64,000 nucleotides of DNA from a virus: positions 1 through 64,000 of IMG/VR virus record IMGVR_UViG_3300028909_000017. One strand, 5' to 3'. Below are positions 8,610-18,622 of this stretch, in pieces; position 1 is the first letter of the stretch, and the number at the start of each line of letters is the position of its first letter. The notes under the pieces were generated by a model. That model worked only from the letters and a program-made list of their open reading frames with translations, was not told the DNA's origin and made no database searches. The translations under genes and the position numbers were made by a program.

Positions 8610-11600
8610 TTATACGCCGACATTAGGACGGCCTATTAGTGATGAATTTTTGAATTTTAGATATATTGAGCCATCGTCTTCGTTTAAAAATTTGTCGCTC
8701 ACATCAAAAAATGAAAAATCATCAAACGATGTCCCAACAGTAATATTTGACGAATCAAATTTTGTTAGTTCTGATTCATTCCATTTATTATTTAACACAT
8801 TCCAGTTTTTTAAAAGTCCGGAATTCCATATATATCTATCTGTTTGTGCTTGTATAGTATTTAATGATGGACCAATATTATCATAATATTGTTGAAGATA
8901 AAATAATATTTTTATTCCTTGCCCGGGTAAGACATACAATAATGGGATTGACGGAATAAAACCTAATTGAGTTCCATTAGGTTGATTGTCAGTCATCCAT
9001 GTTGGCAGATATTTATCGTCAAATCCGTTTATTGTTTTATTTAATTGTGAGATCATATTTGGAATAGTTGCGGGATATAATTCTGTTTGTTTCGTCATAC
9101 TAACATCAAGAATATATGAGTCGGCATTTATTATAGTTTGATCGACTGTTATTTCGGGTGTCATTATATTTGTGGTTATTGGGCCGTAATATGTATTATT
9201 TTGATCATCCGTATATTCATCTTTGGGTTGGATATATATTACTTCGTAACCATCTGTTGTACTTTGTGCCCATTTTAAGTTTGTCAATAAAAATGTTTTA
9301 TTATTATGATATTTTGCCATTGCTGCAATAATATTGTCTGGTAATACAGGTGAAATTCCGTATGCCATTAGCATTCTTGCATGAGTTTGTTTACCAAAAT
9401 AAAAATCGTTCGGCCGATAAATTGCTGAATTCGGAACGATGGATTGAATATTTAATGGAGAAAATAATGTGTTATGATCGTTATCTGATAATAAGAATTC
9501 CAAATTTAAATTAGTTTTTGGTTGATTAGATACAAAATTAGATGTCGGACTTAACAAAATAGAAAATTGCTTGTCGGATGTGATTATGGTTTGATAATCA
9601 TTATCTGATATATCATTAATTTCTACAATGTCCGTTATCAAATAGATAATAGCTGTTAAATTGGAATCTGATGTTGTTAGATATAAATTAGTCGAGTCAC
9701 TGCCTGTAAACCAAATTTCTCCTGCGCTTGTCATTTGAATAATAGCAGCCGAAGGAGTAACTCCTAATCCGTGAGAAATAGATATATTTCCTGAAGTTGC
9801 TGGGGAAATATTTAATGGCGTAATTGTTGAATTTAAAATTGCTTTAAATTTGGATGGGGTTATCCACGGATTGTTGGGCAAAGGAAATTCTGATGTAAAA
9901 GATTTGTTGGTTCCGATTGATGCAGTAACATTAAATTTAAATTCGAGGTCAAATGTCGTAATGCTACTATCTAAAATAGTAAAATCATTAAAACTAAACC
10001 ATTGTGTACTCGGTATCCCAACAATTGTACCATCCGCGTTTAATTCCAATCCAACCGGCATATTACCATCTGCTAAGGAATAAAAAATTGGATTAGTGGG
10101 TGAAATATTTGTTTTTCCGATTATTGTTACATCCGGTACGGCTGTATAATATTCGCCAGGATATGTAACAATAATATTTGATATTTCACCATTAGAAATA
10201 GTTACAGTAGCATTTGCGCTTGCTGTTTCACCAGTATATCCAAAACCAACAGTCGCAGAATCATAAAATTTTCCAGTATTTGTTATAATAACCGAATCAA
10301 TACCAAAATTAAGATCAATTAATGCATTCTTTCCATTTGGATTTAACCAGGTAATATTTGACATATTAGGTAATGTTGTGTATTTTTGATTTTCGTTTAG
10401 TATATTTAAATCTGTTATAGTCCCATTTGAATCCACATTTGTTACAATAATTATTGCTTCATTAGAACATATTCCACCGGAAATAGTAAATGTATTTCCA
10501 TTAGAAAAATTATATCCACCGTCAATAATGTCTGCGCCAATTACTCTCATTGTTGCATACGCTGCGGCATTAGAACCATTGGGGATCTGAAATGGATCAA
10601 TAATATTAGCAGTTACCGATAATGTACTCGGCATACCCGGTATTATGTTACCCAGCAATGCTGGACTATTCCATTGAATATTTTTTTCCGAATCATTTTG
10701 CAAAGTCAAATATACAGGTAATATAGTTTGATATGGATTAGCTGAATGTGAATTTTCAGTAATAGTTTTAAATGCGCGTATTTCAAATTCATATGGATAA
10801 CTTTGTGCAAAAAAGGGATCAATATATCCTGTTAGCCATCCAGAAGAGGTATTAAGTATAATATTTCCGGGAATATTACTGCCATTAATTAATTGATAAT
10901 TTATTTCATCTGATTCAAAATCAATTGCATTAAATTTGTATTGTAATTTATCACCGGTTATATTTCCTATATTAATATATGAATTTCCGATTGCATCCAA
11001 AAAAATAGGAGAATGATAATTTGGAAGTGATGTATTTGCATGGATATTACTATATAGATCACTGCGCATTATAGTCATATTATAATTTGCGGATATTGTG
11101 TCGGTGTAATTAATTCCTATGGAAATATTGGCATAATCAATACTATTAGGTACATTACTTGTATTGGGTAAAATGTATAGAATTTCTGGATTAATAACCC
11201 CCGAAATTATTCCGTCGGATGTTAATGTAAGATTGGATGGTAAATTATTAATCAATGATAAATTAATATTACCGGGAAGAGTTGAAATTGGAGATACATT
11301 TGCAGAAATCCATGTTCCATCTGGAAAGATTCCTAAATTTTTCAATGGTAAAATTGGCATTAATTCGTTATCATTAATTACTATTGAAAATGTTCGGTCA
11401 GCGATATTACCATTGCTATCAATTGCTCGAATTGTAAATGAATAGTTTCCGGAATTTACAAAAGAATTTACTAATCCCCATACACCTGGAGTTGAACCTA
11501 TAATACCACCCGTGGGAAGAATTAAATCCCTGGGCAGACTTCCGGATATTATAGAATAAGTTGTATATAAATTTTCCGTGTCGCATGACAACGTAATATT

Positions 11601-11660
11601 TGCGTTAGCACCATGATCTAACGTCGCAATTATTCCGGGAGAGGTTATCCAATTTGCCAT
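8610..11660 (-). CDS. Large baseplate/tail structural protein with Ig-like repeats
   Basis: 1016 aa; repeated G.LP.GL.L...G.I.G Ig-like motifs; N/I/T-rich beta composition. Confidence 0.7.
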   Translation of the reverse strand: MANWITSPGIIATLDHGANANITLSCDTENLYTTYSIISGSLPRDLILPTGGIIGSTPGVWGLVNSFVNSGNYSFTIRAIDSNGNIADRTFSIVINDNELMPILPLKNLGIFPDGTWISANVSPISTLPGNINLSLINNLPSNLTLTSDGIISGVINPEILYILPNTSNVPNSIDYANISIGINYTDTISANYNMTIMRSDLYSNIHANTSLPNYHSPIFLDAIGNSYINIGNITGDKLQYKFNAIDFESDEINYQLINGSNIPGNIILNTSSGWLTGYIDPFFAQSYPYEFEIRAFKTITENSHSANPYQTILPVYLTLQNDSEKNIQWNSPALLGNIIPGMPSTLSVTANIIDPFQIPNGSNAAAYATMRVIGADIIDGGYNFSNGNTFTISGGICSNEAIIIVTNVDSNGTITDLNILNENQKYTTLPNMSNITWLNPNGKNALIDLNFGIDSVIITNTGKFYDSATVGFGYTGETASANATVTISNGEISNIIVTYPGEYYTAVPDVTIIGKTNISPTNPIFYSLADGNMPVGLELNADGTIVGIPSTQWFSFNDFTILDSSITTFDLEFKFNVTASIGTNKSFTSEFPLPNNPWITPSKFKAILNSTITPLNISPATSGNISISHGLGVTPSAAIIQMTSAGEIWFTGSDSTNLYLTTSDSNLTAIIYLITDIVEINDISDNDYQTIITSDKQFSILLSPTSNFVSNQPKTNLNLEFLLSDNDHNTLFSPLNIQSIVPNSAIYRPNDFYFGKQTHARMLMAYGISPVLPDNIIAAMAKYHNNKTFLLTNLKWAQSTTDGYEVIYIQPKDEYTDDQNNTYYGPITTNIMTPEITVDQTIINADSYILDVSMTKQTELYPATIPNMISQLNKTINGFDDKYLPTWMTDNQPNGTQLGFIPSIPLLYVLPGQGIKILFYLQQYYDNIGPSLNTIQAQTDRYIWNSGLLKNWNVLNNKWNESELTKFDSSNITVGTSFDDFSFFDVSDKFLNEDDGSIYLKFKNSSLIGRPNVGV

Positions 11661-12535
11661 TATATTCCTACTGTTACCAATGGAGTTATCGCATAATATA
11701 TATTTGATGCTTCACTAAATAAAAATTTTTGGGTGCTATAACTATTTGCATTTATATTAAAATTATCGGCATTAATATTTCCCGCTCCCAAAAAATTATT
11801 AGGCCATGTCCAGTAATTATTACCTGTACTCTGATTTATTAAAAAAGTATATTCACGCCCGTCAATTCCATTTAATATAATAGAAGAATCTATATTAGCT
11901 GTAAGAGTAATTATTTGATTTGTACTTGTTAACAAATTAATTATTGGAGAAGAATTTGAAATAGTAATATGTGATGGTGGTCCAAAAATAATATTACCAT
12001 TTAATATAATTTCATTAGTATTTATTAAATTTGTTGAAACAGATGTTGTTACTGACAATGAAGATCCATTAGATGTTATTCCGGATAGAGCTCCATATAA
12101 TCCATTTTGATTTACAATAAGTTGATTCGGCAATCCCGGAGCATCACTTCCTCCCCCTCCTCCACTCGAAATATTTGCCCACGATGTTGTTCCGTTTCCA
12201 TTACTTATTAATGATTGACCATATAATCCTGGGGTCATTGGTAAATAATATTCATCATTAATAATTAATGATCCAGCAAAAATTGATCCGTTTGCGGTTA
12301 GATTTGCAAAAAAACCACTTCCCGTGTTATCACGAACTACCAATGAATTAGGAATATCGGGTACAGATATATTGTTTAGGGCTGCAATAATAACCGGGGA
12401 AGCATTAGCTAAAACATTTGCAACTAATGACATATTTGAATAATTTGTATTAATTTTGGAGAATGCCGTTCGTAAACTATCTCCCGTATTATCATTAGCA
12501 AATTGCCCAATATTTATTGGCGTAAAAGTTCCCAT
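11660..12535 (-). CDS. Baseplate wedge / tail-fibre protein
   Basis: INIGQFANDNTGDSLRTAFSKINTN resembles the T4 gp9/gp10 N-terminus; TAAATA upstream. Confidence 0.75.
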   Translation of the reverse strand: MGTFTPINIGQFANDNTGDSLRTAFSKINTNYSNMSLVANVLANASPVIIAALNNISVPDIPNSLVVRDNTGSGFFANLTANGSIFAGSLIINDEYYLPMTPGLYGQSLISNGNGTTSWANISSGGGGGSDAPGLPNQLIVNQNGLYGALSGITSNGSSLSVTTSVSTNLINTNEIILNGNIIFGPPSHITISNSSPIINLLTSTNQIITLTANIDSSIILNGIDGREYTFLINQSTGNNYWTWPNNFLGAGNINADNFNINANSYSTQKFLFSEASNIYYAITPLVTVGI

Positions 12536-12572
12536 TGATTTCTCCGTATATTGTATTTATCTAATTACAATC

Positions 12573-12602
12573 AAAAAGGATGCCTAATATTAGGCATCCT
12601 TT
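12573..12602 (-). terminator. Rho-independent terminator ending the early small-gene array
   Basis: AAAAAGGATGCCTAATATTAGGCATCCTTT palindrome. Confidence 0.75.
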
Positions 12603-12789
12603 ATTGTGATAATTTTTCTTCTATTTCTTTTGCTATATATTGTCTAACACCCAACCAAGCATTTTGGTAAGAACTCATTGGAATTGAACATATACTCCAA
12701 TTATTAATTATTATTTGATAACCTGATCTTGATTTAAATAATTTTGCAGATGGATATATTGAAAGAACAAATTCTTTATCAGACATCAC
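12601..12789 (-). CDS. Small 'YP...AW' paralog family member
   Basis: MSDKEFVLSIYPSA...NAW...EKLSQ. Confidence 0.75.
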   Translation of the reverse strand: MMSDKEFVLSIYPSAKLFKSRSGYQIIINNWSICSIPMSSYQNAWLGVRQYIAKEIEEKLSQ

Positions 12790-12976
12790 TTTCTAATTTC
12801 TTTGCAATTTTATTTTTAATAGCAATTGCTACTTCTTCCCAGGCTGCCTCCTCGGAAATACAATAACCAGATAAATTTAAATCACTATTATTCCATACAA
12901 CATATAAATTTATCCATGTGGCTTGAATAATTTTTGCAGTTGGATATATTGAAAGAACAAATTCTTTATCAGTCAT
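12779..12976 (-). CDS. Small 'YP...AW' paralog family member
   Basis: MTDKEFVLSIYPTA...AAW...KKLESDV. Confidence 0.75.
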   Translation of the reverse strand: MTDKEFVLSIYPTAKIIQATWINLYVVWNNSDLNLSGYCISEEAAWEEVAIAIKNKIAKKLESDV

Positions 12977-13244
12977 TGGATTCCAATCTTTTCACCATAT
13001 TGCCTTGAATATTTTTCCAGGCAATTTCCCATAGGTTACTGTTGTTATCTAGTAAAACTCCTTCGGGATAATATATAGTATCGGTTAATTTAATTACATT
13101 GTCAATATCGTCTTCGGTGAAAAGAAGAGGAATCTGATTTGATAAGATATAGGCGTATGCTGGGCCAGCTTCCGGCCATCCATACCACCTTAAGGTAGCA
13201 TAAGGATAAACCTTTTTTACTTGTATTTTAAAATCTGTAGACAA
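12969..13244 (-). CDS. Small 'YP...AW' paralog family member
   Basis: VKKVYPYA...LWEIAW...KRLESND. Confidence 0.7.
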   Translation of the reverse strand: MSTDFKIQVKKVYPYATLRWYGWPEAGPAYAYILSNQIPLLFTEDDIDNVIKLTDTIYYPEGVLLDNNSNLWEIAWKNIQGNMVKRLESND

Positions 13245-13443
13245 TTCTGGCCTGTTCTAGCGAATAGGGAGATAACTCAAGTTGGACCTCATCTCCGGGT
13301 TCGATACGAATATTATTTTTTCGAAGTCTTCCGCCTAGATATGCTGTAACGGTTTGACCACTGGGAATTTCTACTTCCCATTTGGTGTTTGGTAATACTT
13401 TGGTAATTTTTCCTCGTAAGGAAACTTGTTCATCTGAAGGCAA
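13228..13443 (-). CDS. infA: Translation initiation factor IF-1
   Basis: G.ITKVLPN...V.....AYLGGRLRKNNIRIEPGDEVQLELSPYSL...RIVYRF is the IF-1 signature; AGGAG RBS, TTG start. Confidence 0.93.
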   Translation of the reverse strand: MPSDEQVSLRGKITKVLPNTKWEVEIPSGQTVTAYLGGRLRKNNIRIEPGDEVQLELSPYSLEQARIVYRF

Positions 13444-13458
13444 TTATATTCTCCTGTT

Positions 13459-13656
13459 CTATCTTTCTAACATATTTATCATTCGAAAATTAATTATTGA
13501 TTTGGCGTAATCCCATGCTTTATCCTCACTTGTCCAACTAATTGAAATTTGTGCATCATTAGATTTAATATAATGTAGTTCACTTAACAATGTTGATTTA
13601 GTGACGAAACATTTAGCATCCGGATAAATCGATTGTACGTATTCTTTGGAAGTCAT
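13459..13656 (-). CDS. Small 'YP...AW' paralog family member
   Basis: MTSKEYVQSIYPDA...KAW. Confidence 0.75.
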   Translation of the reverse strand: MTSKEYVQSIYPDAKCFVTKSTLLSELHYIKSNDAQISISWTSEDKAWDYAKSIINFRMINMLER

Positions 13657-13865
13657 GAGTTTATTTTTTCTAGGAATTCATGCATACATTTTCTTTTTGC
13701 ATATTCCCATGCTTGCATTTCGGTTTCATGAATTAATAAAGATAAAGGATATTCGTTTAAACAAATTCTGAAACCTACCGGTTTAACCTCGTCAGGGAAG
13801 CCAATGTATACCGTTATTAAATTGGCAGTTGGATAAATAGATTTTACGAATTCTTCATCATTCAT
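13653..13865 (-). CDS. Small 'YP...AW' paralog family member
   Basis: MNDEEFVKSIYPTA...QAW. Confidence 0.75.
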   Translation of the reverse strand: MNDEEFVKSIYPTANLITVYIGFPDEVKPVGFRICLNEYPLSLLIHETEMQAWEYAKRKCMHEFLEKINS

Positions 13866-14143
13866 AATAGCAATTTTATATATATTTCTGCTTCCTTGAG
13901 ATTATTAAAAATACCTATTTTAATTTTTTTATAATCGTTTTCCGAATAATAAGCATGAATTACTTTAATTTTTGGAAGTAAAATTCCACAATAATAAAAT
14001 TCATATCTATTAAATGTGTCAACCTTTATTGCTGTGACGCAATTATTATGAAATTCATTATATTTATTTTGAAAATAAAGGAATAATGAAAAACCAATAG
14101 AAAATGATGCAAATATTAAGGTAACATTCGTTATTATTTGCAT
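13862..14143 (-). CDS. Small membrane-anchored hypothetical protein
   Basis: N-terminal TM helix; ends F..L.EAEIYIKLLL. Confidence 0.6.
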   Translation of the reverse strand: MQIITNVTLIFASFSIGFSLFLYFQNKYNEFHNNCVTAIKVDTFNRYEFYYCGILLPKIKVIHAYYSENDYKKIKIGIFNNLKEAEIYIKLLL

Positions 14144-14349
14144 AATTTCTTTACCATTTCAATTTCCAAATTTCGTTTAGCTGAATGTCAAGCCAATTCA
14201 GGTGAACTACCCTATCCCAACATTCTGTTTCCATATTTTTCAAAATTTTCAACGGTCATCCGGTGTTCCCATATAACGACAAAACCATTGTGAGATGTTA
14301 TTTCGGCCAAGTCGGGATAAACATATTTAATTAATTCAACATCGGTCAT
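14134..14349 (-). pseudogene. 'YP...AW' paralog with two nonsense codons
   Basis: MTDVELIKYVYPD...MLG*GSSPELA*HSAKRNLEIEMVKKLCK; TAG at 14212-14214 and TGA at 14188-14190, the latter at the conserved AW tryptophan. Confidence 0.8.
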
Positions 14350-14353
14350 AGAA

Positions 14354-14551
14354 TCATCTTTTCCTCGAATGTTTAATTAATTTTGCATACCATTTCCAAG
14401 CTGATTGCTCTGATTGAAAACCTGATAATTTACCGCCATTTTGCAGTTCGGTTCTATAGTTTATGGGAGTTTCAATACAACATCCATACTTTTTGTAATA
14501 CATACAAATTGTTCTTGGATATACCGACAGAACAAATTCTTTATCCGTCAT
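14354..14551 (-). CDS. 'YP...AW' paralog (C-terminus probably frameshifted)
   Basis: MTDKEFVLSVYP...SAW; an alternative frame gives FEEKMIL* with the usual ATGA overlap at 14346-14349. Confidence 0.65.
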   Translation of the reverse strand: MTDKEFVLSVYPRTICMYYKKYGCCIETPINYRTELQNGGKLSGFQSEQSAWKWYAKLIKHSRKR

Positions 14552-14751
14552 GAATTTAATTTCCTTGCAAGTTGCTCACCAATTTTATCTTTTGCATTTT
14601 TCCATGCTTCAATACTCGTATTTCCTTCGCTTATCATTACAGAGTCGGCATTTCCCGGATAAGGAAAAGAAGAAAAAATTACGACACTGTATTGAGAGTA
14701 AGAAATTATTGCAGTTGGAATTATTGAAAGAACAAATTCTTTATCGGTCAT
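14548..14751 (-). CDS. Small 'YP...AW' paralog family member
   Basis: MTDKEFVLSIIPTA...EAW...RKLNS. Confidence 0.75.
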   Translation of the reverse strand: MTDKEFVLSIIPTAIISYSQYSVVIFSSFPYPGNADSVMISEGNTSIEAWKNAKDKIGEQLARKLNS

Positions 14752-14969
14752 AATATTAATTTATCTTTCATATTTTTCCGAATAAATTTTGCTGCTTTAT
14801 CCCATGCTAGTTTTTCCGATCTTGAGTCCAGTAGTATGCGCATCGTTCCTTGAACGTAAAAATTTTTATCGGTATTATTTGATCGATAAATACCAACAAT
14901 TTTTGCATCTGGATATACCGCTAAAACAAAATCCTTATTTGAGCAAATTGACATAAAGTTTTGCCTCAT
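14748..14969 (-). CDS. Small 'YP...AW' paralog family member
   Basis: NKDFVLAVYPDA...LAW...DKLIL. Confidence 0.7.
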   Translation of the reverse strand: MRQNFMSICSNKDFVLAVYPDAKIVGIYRSNNTDKNFYVQGTMRILLDSRSEKLAWDKAAKFIRKNMKDKLIL

Positions 14970-15183
14970 TCATGGTTTTAAATGTTGCAATTTTTTCCGA
15001 TGTACACTCCACCGATAAAATACTTGAAATTCGATAAACACCAATCAAGCGATATAAAAATCCACATCTTTTAAATTGATAGGATATTGTTGTTATTTCC
15101 ATCATGCGTGAAATAACATTCGATTTATTTTTAATAATGGCCGGAGTATGATGCAAAATTACTTCGGCCATTGAACTCTTCAT
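14935..15183 (-). CDS. Small hypothetical protein
   Basis: 82 aa; ends F.TMNEAKLYVNLLK like 13862..14143. Confidence 0.6.
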   Translation of the reverse strand: MKSSMAEVILHHTPAIIKNKSNVISRMMEITTISYQFKRCGFLYRLIGVYRISSILSVECTSEKIATFKTMNEAKLYVNLLK

Positions 15184-16370
15184 TACTTAATAGCTTTCAG
15201 TAGAATAGTATCCCCATTTAACCGTTCACGTAAATTTGTTTTAACAGATTTGATATTTTCCAGCCAGCGAACAGCAGCGGCTTTACCAAGACTGTTAAAT
15301 TGCTTTAGTTGCTCGGGCATTTTGCGTAATGTTTTTTGGATTGACTTTGCTGGATCAATGTTTAAAATTTTGCTGCCCTTAATATCCAGCGTTGAATTAC
15401 CCAACGCTACATAATGACCAATTTTTCTCTGTTTTACATTTACAACCCATAGTTCGGTTGATTTAAGGATTACAGTTGGATCAATGCTGGTCAGTCCTGT
15501 TTCGGGATGTATTGGTAAATAGCGCAATTTGCTAACAATTTTGGCAGGGGTTGTCGCTTTCTTCTTACGAGTTTTGCGGGTACTCTTCTTCATTTGACCG
15601 AAAGAAGAAATATCGGAAATAGCAGACTCCCACCAAGAAATGCATGCCTTAATCTGCCTGCGACTTAACTGACTGTATGCTTCTGTGATCTGATCATTCT
15701 TACCAATGAGCCTATACTCTTCCAAAAACTTATTGGCATAAGCAATAAGATCCTTTGTACGATTGGCCGGAACAGTTGTTTCGGGGTCGGCCAAAATATT
15801 CAGAATCGTGCGTTTGTTGGTTGATACATAATCATTTTGAATAAATTCATCAAAATGTGCATCGATTGTTCCCATTGCAATTTTCAATTTTGCGGCAATA
15901 AAATCTTGAATATTGGGTTTGTTAATTTTTTCAACAATTTCCCCGGTTTGCGCAGGCATATTGTCAAGACTTTTTCTGATCTGCTTAATCAAAAAACGAC
16001 GTTCGTGAAATCGGAGTCTAAGGCCAACATGAGCCATTCGAATGAGCCATGAAGGAGTGTGCTCCAATGGAGAATTGCTGTCTTTGAGAGCCGAGATAAG
16101 TTCAGGGAAATGGCCTGACATTCCTAACGCTTTCAACGCCAATTCCCGACCATGCTTGCCATCTTGATATGAATACCAGGCATATGCCTGCCCCAACTTC
16201 ATTTGATATTCATCATATGACCATGCATTCTGCTCTTCAACCGTGGGCCACGTTGGTTCCGTTAGGCCGATGTATTTTGCACCATCGCCATTGAAACGGA
16301 TCGGATGAACAGTTGAATTACGAACGTTTGCAAAAGACCTAATTGCGCGTTTTTGTGTAGTTGTTGCCAT
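15183..16370 (-). CDS. Early hypothetical phage protein
   Basis: 395 aa basic protein; TTGACA-17-TATGAT promoter at 16377-16405 with ATG 6 nt downstream. Confidence 0.75.
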   Translation of the reverse strand: MATTTQKRAIRSFANVRNSTVHPIRFNGDGAKYIGLTEPTWPTVEEQNAWSYDEYQMKLGQAYAWYSYQDGKHGRELALKALGMSGHFPELISALKDSNSPLEHTPSWLIRMAHVGLRLRFHERRFLIKQIRKSLDNMPAQTGEIVEKINKPNIQDFIAAKLKIAMGTIDAHFDEFIQNDYVSTNKRTILNILADPETTVPANRTKDLIAYANKFLEEYRLIGKNDQITEAYSQLSRRQIKACISWWESAISDISSFGQMKKSTRKTRKKKATTPAKIVSKLRYLPIHPETGLTSIDPTVILKSTELWVVNVKQRKIGHYVALGNSTLDIKGSKILNIDPAKSIQKTLRKMPEQLKQFNSLGKAAAVRWLENIKSVKTNLRERLNGDTILLKAIK

Positions 16371-16457
16371 GTATTAATCATATTGCTTTTGTACTCGTTT
16401 GTCAACCGTAAAAATGATATTTTTGAAAAAATATTTAGATGCATGTTTTTGTGATTT

Positions 16458-16587
16458 TAAGTTGTTGATTTTAAAGGGTCGATTTACGTAAAATGGCCCG
16501 CAATGGCTCCACTGGAGGTTTTATGTGTCCCACTAGCGTTGAAAAGAGCTTAACGACAGAGTAAAAATTAAGTCCTTTGTTTTCAAC
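16458..16587. repeat. ~125-bp inverted-repeat-bounded module, copy 1
   Basis: TAAGTTGTTGATTTTAAAGGG ... TAAGTCCTTTGTTTTCAAC ends; homologous modules at 32718, 39039, 42079, 60191. Confidence 0.75.
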
Positions 16588-16610
16588 AGTAATTATTTTA
16601 ACTTTTTCGG

Positions 16611-16653
16611 TTGCATTCGGTATCGACCTTTGCTATAATTATTTCAGTGAGAG
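16611..16653 (+). promoter_or_regulatory. Early promoter cassette (a second promoter TTGACA-17-TACACT follows at 16674-16702)
   Basis: TTGCAT-17-TATAAT followed by TATTTCAGTGAG, as in the other cassettes. Confidence 0.8.
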
Positions 16654-16726
16654 GAACACATTTCACGTAAGAATTGACAACGACATGCAACTTTGCTACA
16701 CTAAATGAGTAGTGAAAGGACAGTAA

Positions 16727-17764
16727 ATGGCGACAGTGAAAATCATCCGTGGTTCATACCGTAATAATGAGGTTAAGAACCAAACGTTTACTCTGCTGAA
16801 AGGTTTTACTGTAACGTCGACTGGGGCGCATGTAACGGTTGACGGTACTCAAGTTTTTGGTCGTGAAAGTGTTCGTGTAAGGGTTTCCGGACCACGTGAT
16901 TTTGTCATTGACGAAACAGTCGATGAAGTATCGGAACAAGAAATCAATGGTGTTATTGACGATGAGCCAGAAATTGTTGAAACAGATGAACAGATTTTGG
17001 CTCGTATTAGCAAGCGTTTTGATATTCTCAATAAGTTGACGTTGGGAGCCCGTCAGGGAGATATTCGTGCATTGTTTGTAACCGGTGCTCCTGGAATTGG
17101 AAAGACCTTTGGTGTCGAGCAAACTTTGCAGAGCGCTGGGCTGGCAGAAGTTTTTTCTGATATGCCGCCCACATATGAAATTATCAGTGGTGCCGCCAGT
17201 GCGGTTGGTCTGTACATGAAACTGTATGAATTTCGAGCGGAAAATAATGTCCTGGTGTTTGATGATTGTGATTCAATTTTCACCGACGAGCTTTGCTTGA
17301 ATCTCATGAAAGCCGCTCTTGATACAAGCAAGCGGCGGATGATCCATTGGAATGTTGAATCATTTTCCCTCCGTAAGGATGATGTTCCTAATTCGTTTGA
17401 GTTCCAGGGGAGTGTAATTTTTATCAGCAATATTAATTTCAAGAAGGTTCGGTCCGAACGGACTCGTAGTCATCTAACAGCCCTGATGTCCAGAGCGCAT
17501 TTTTTGGATCTCACAATTCATACCGATCATGAAAAGTTGCTTCGAATTGAAGATTTGGTAACCAATCATCGTATGCTCGAGCAGTTTAAATTGAATGAAG
17601 ATATGAGCGTTAAGGTTATGGCTTTTATTCGTGAAAATGCATCGCGTTTTAACGAATTATCCCTGCGTACGGTTATTAAATTGGCGGGCTTGGCTCGGAC
17701 GTTTGGTGAAAATGACGAATGGCGTGAAGTTGCTTGCCTCAGCATGATGGGTAATGTTATTTAG
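16727..17764 (+). CDS. AAA+/P-loop ATPase, early
   Basis: GAPGIGKT Walker A, VLVFDDCD Walker B, VIFISN sensor 1, SR finger, LSLR. Confidence 0.85.
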   Translation: MATVKIIRGSYRNNEVKNQTFTLLKGFTVTSTGAHVTVDGTQVFGRESVRVRVSGPRDFVIDETVDEVSEQEINGVIDDEPEIVETDEQILARISKRFDILNKLTLGARQGDIRALFVTGAPGIGKTFGVEQTLQSAGLAEVFSDMPPTYEIISGAASAVGLYMKLYEFRAENNVLVFDDCDSIFTDELCLNLMKAALDTSKRRMIHWNVESFSLRKDDVPNSFEFQGSVIFISNINFKKVRSERTRSHLTALMSRAHFLDLTIHTDHEKLLRIEDLVTNHRMLEQFKLNEDMSVKVMAFIRENASRFNELSLRTVIKLAGLARTFGENDEWREVACLSMMGNVI

Positions 17765-17782
17765 GAGGGGAAATCCCCTCCT
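17762..17782 (+). terminator. Hairpin/terminator after the ATPase
   Basis: TAGGAGGGG-aaa-TCCCCTCCTA-type stem followed by ATTTT. Confidence 0.55.
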
Positions 17783-17800
17783 AATTTTCAGTGGTGAAAA

Positions 17801-18052
17801 ATGGAAGAAACTTTAGGTAAATTACAGGATTTACTATCGTTATGGGAGGAAACTGGAATTCCTTTTTCGGCAGATTCTGCTCCACTTGAGGATAAATTGG
17901 ATGCGGTTAAACGAAATTATCGATCTATCGGTTGTCTATTAGATCAACCCGAAGATTTACAAATGGCAGCAGTTACTGCAGATTCAAGAGCATATACATA
18001 TATACGGCATCCATCAGAATCGGTTAAAATGTTTATGAAATTGCTGGGGTGA
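17801..18052 (+). CDS. Small protein with DUF4116-like repeats
   Basis: LDAVKRNYRSIG / QMAAVTADSRAYTYIRHPSE repeats like 59615..60118. Confidence 0.65.
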   Translation: MEETLGKLQDLLSLWEETGIPFSADSAPLEDKLDAVKRNYRSIGCLLDQPEDLQMAAVTADSRAYTYIRHPSESVKMFMKLLG

Positions 18053-18056
18053 ATTA

Positions 18057-18276
18057 ATGACTAACCGGGAATTTGTTCTTTCATTATATCCACTTGCAAA
18101 TGTTCGGATGATCATTAAGAAAGATAACGGCCTTAAATTATATAAGGTTATGGCTAAACCCCCATCATATATATTTCACTTCATGGATTTCCGGTTGGAC
18201 GGCAAATGAAGTAGAAGTATGGGATATTGCGTATCAGGCAATACAACGTAAATTTTTAAATCGGTTATCTAAATGA
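18057..18276 (+). pseudogene. Frameshifted 'YP...AW' paralog
   Basis: MTNREFVLSLYPLA... then second frame ISGWTANEVEVWDIAYQAIQRKFLNRLSK*. Confidence 0.7.
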
Positions 18277-18315
18277 ATTACAAAGAGTTGATTTTGAATT
18301 TATGTTCCAACTTAC

Positions 18316-18419
18316 GAGCGTAAAACCACCAACTTTAGTTAGTGAATATAAGCGAGTTAAATAGTTAATTTTAAAAGAATAAATACCCAAATGTTAAAGT
18401 CATTCAAATATCGATTAAT
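18316..18419 (+). mobile_element. Truncated remnant of the IS200/IS605 TnpB element (left end plus first ~9 codons)
   Basis: Near-identical to the reverse complement of ~21942-22045, including TAAATA-N5-ATGTTAAAGTCATTCAAATATCGATTAAT. Confidence 0.85.
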
Positions 18420-18622
18420 ACGTATCGATATGCAATTGGGACATATGTTGAATATAGTTGTGATTTAGAAGAATCCCATTCTCATTTTCATATAGGAAAA
18501 ATTACAGAGCGAATATATTGGAATAATTTACCGGCATATTGCAGGAGCTGGTATAGTTTTGGATGATGAAGTTATTCGAGAATTAACAACCGACGAAGCA
18601 ATGATTTACTTATTGGAAAAAA

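Noticed and set aside
14201-14211. GGTGAACTACC identical to the TnpB right end
   Set aside because: Only 11 nt, no adjoining hairpin, and it lies in frame within a paralog; likely chance.
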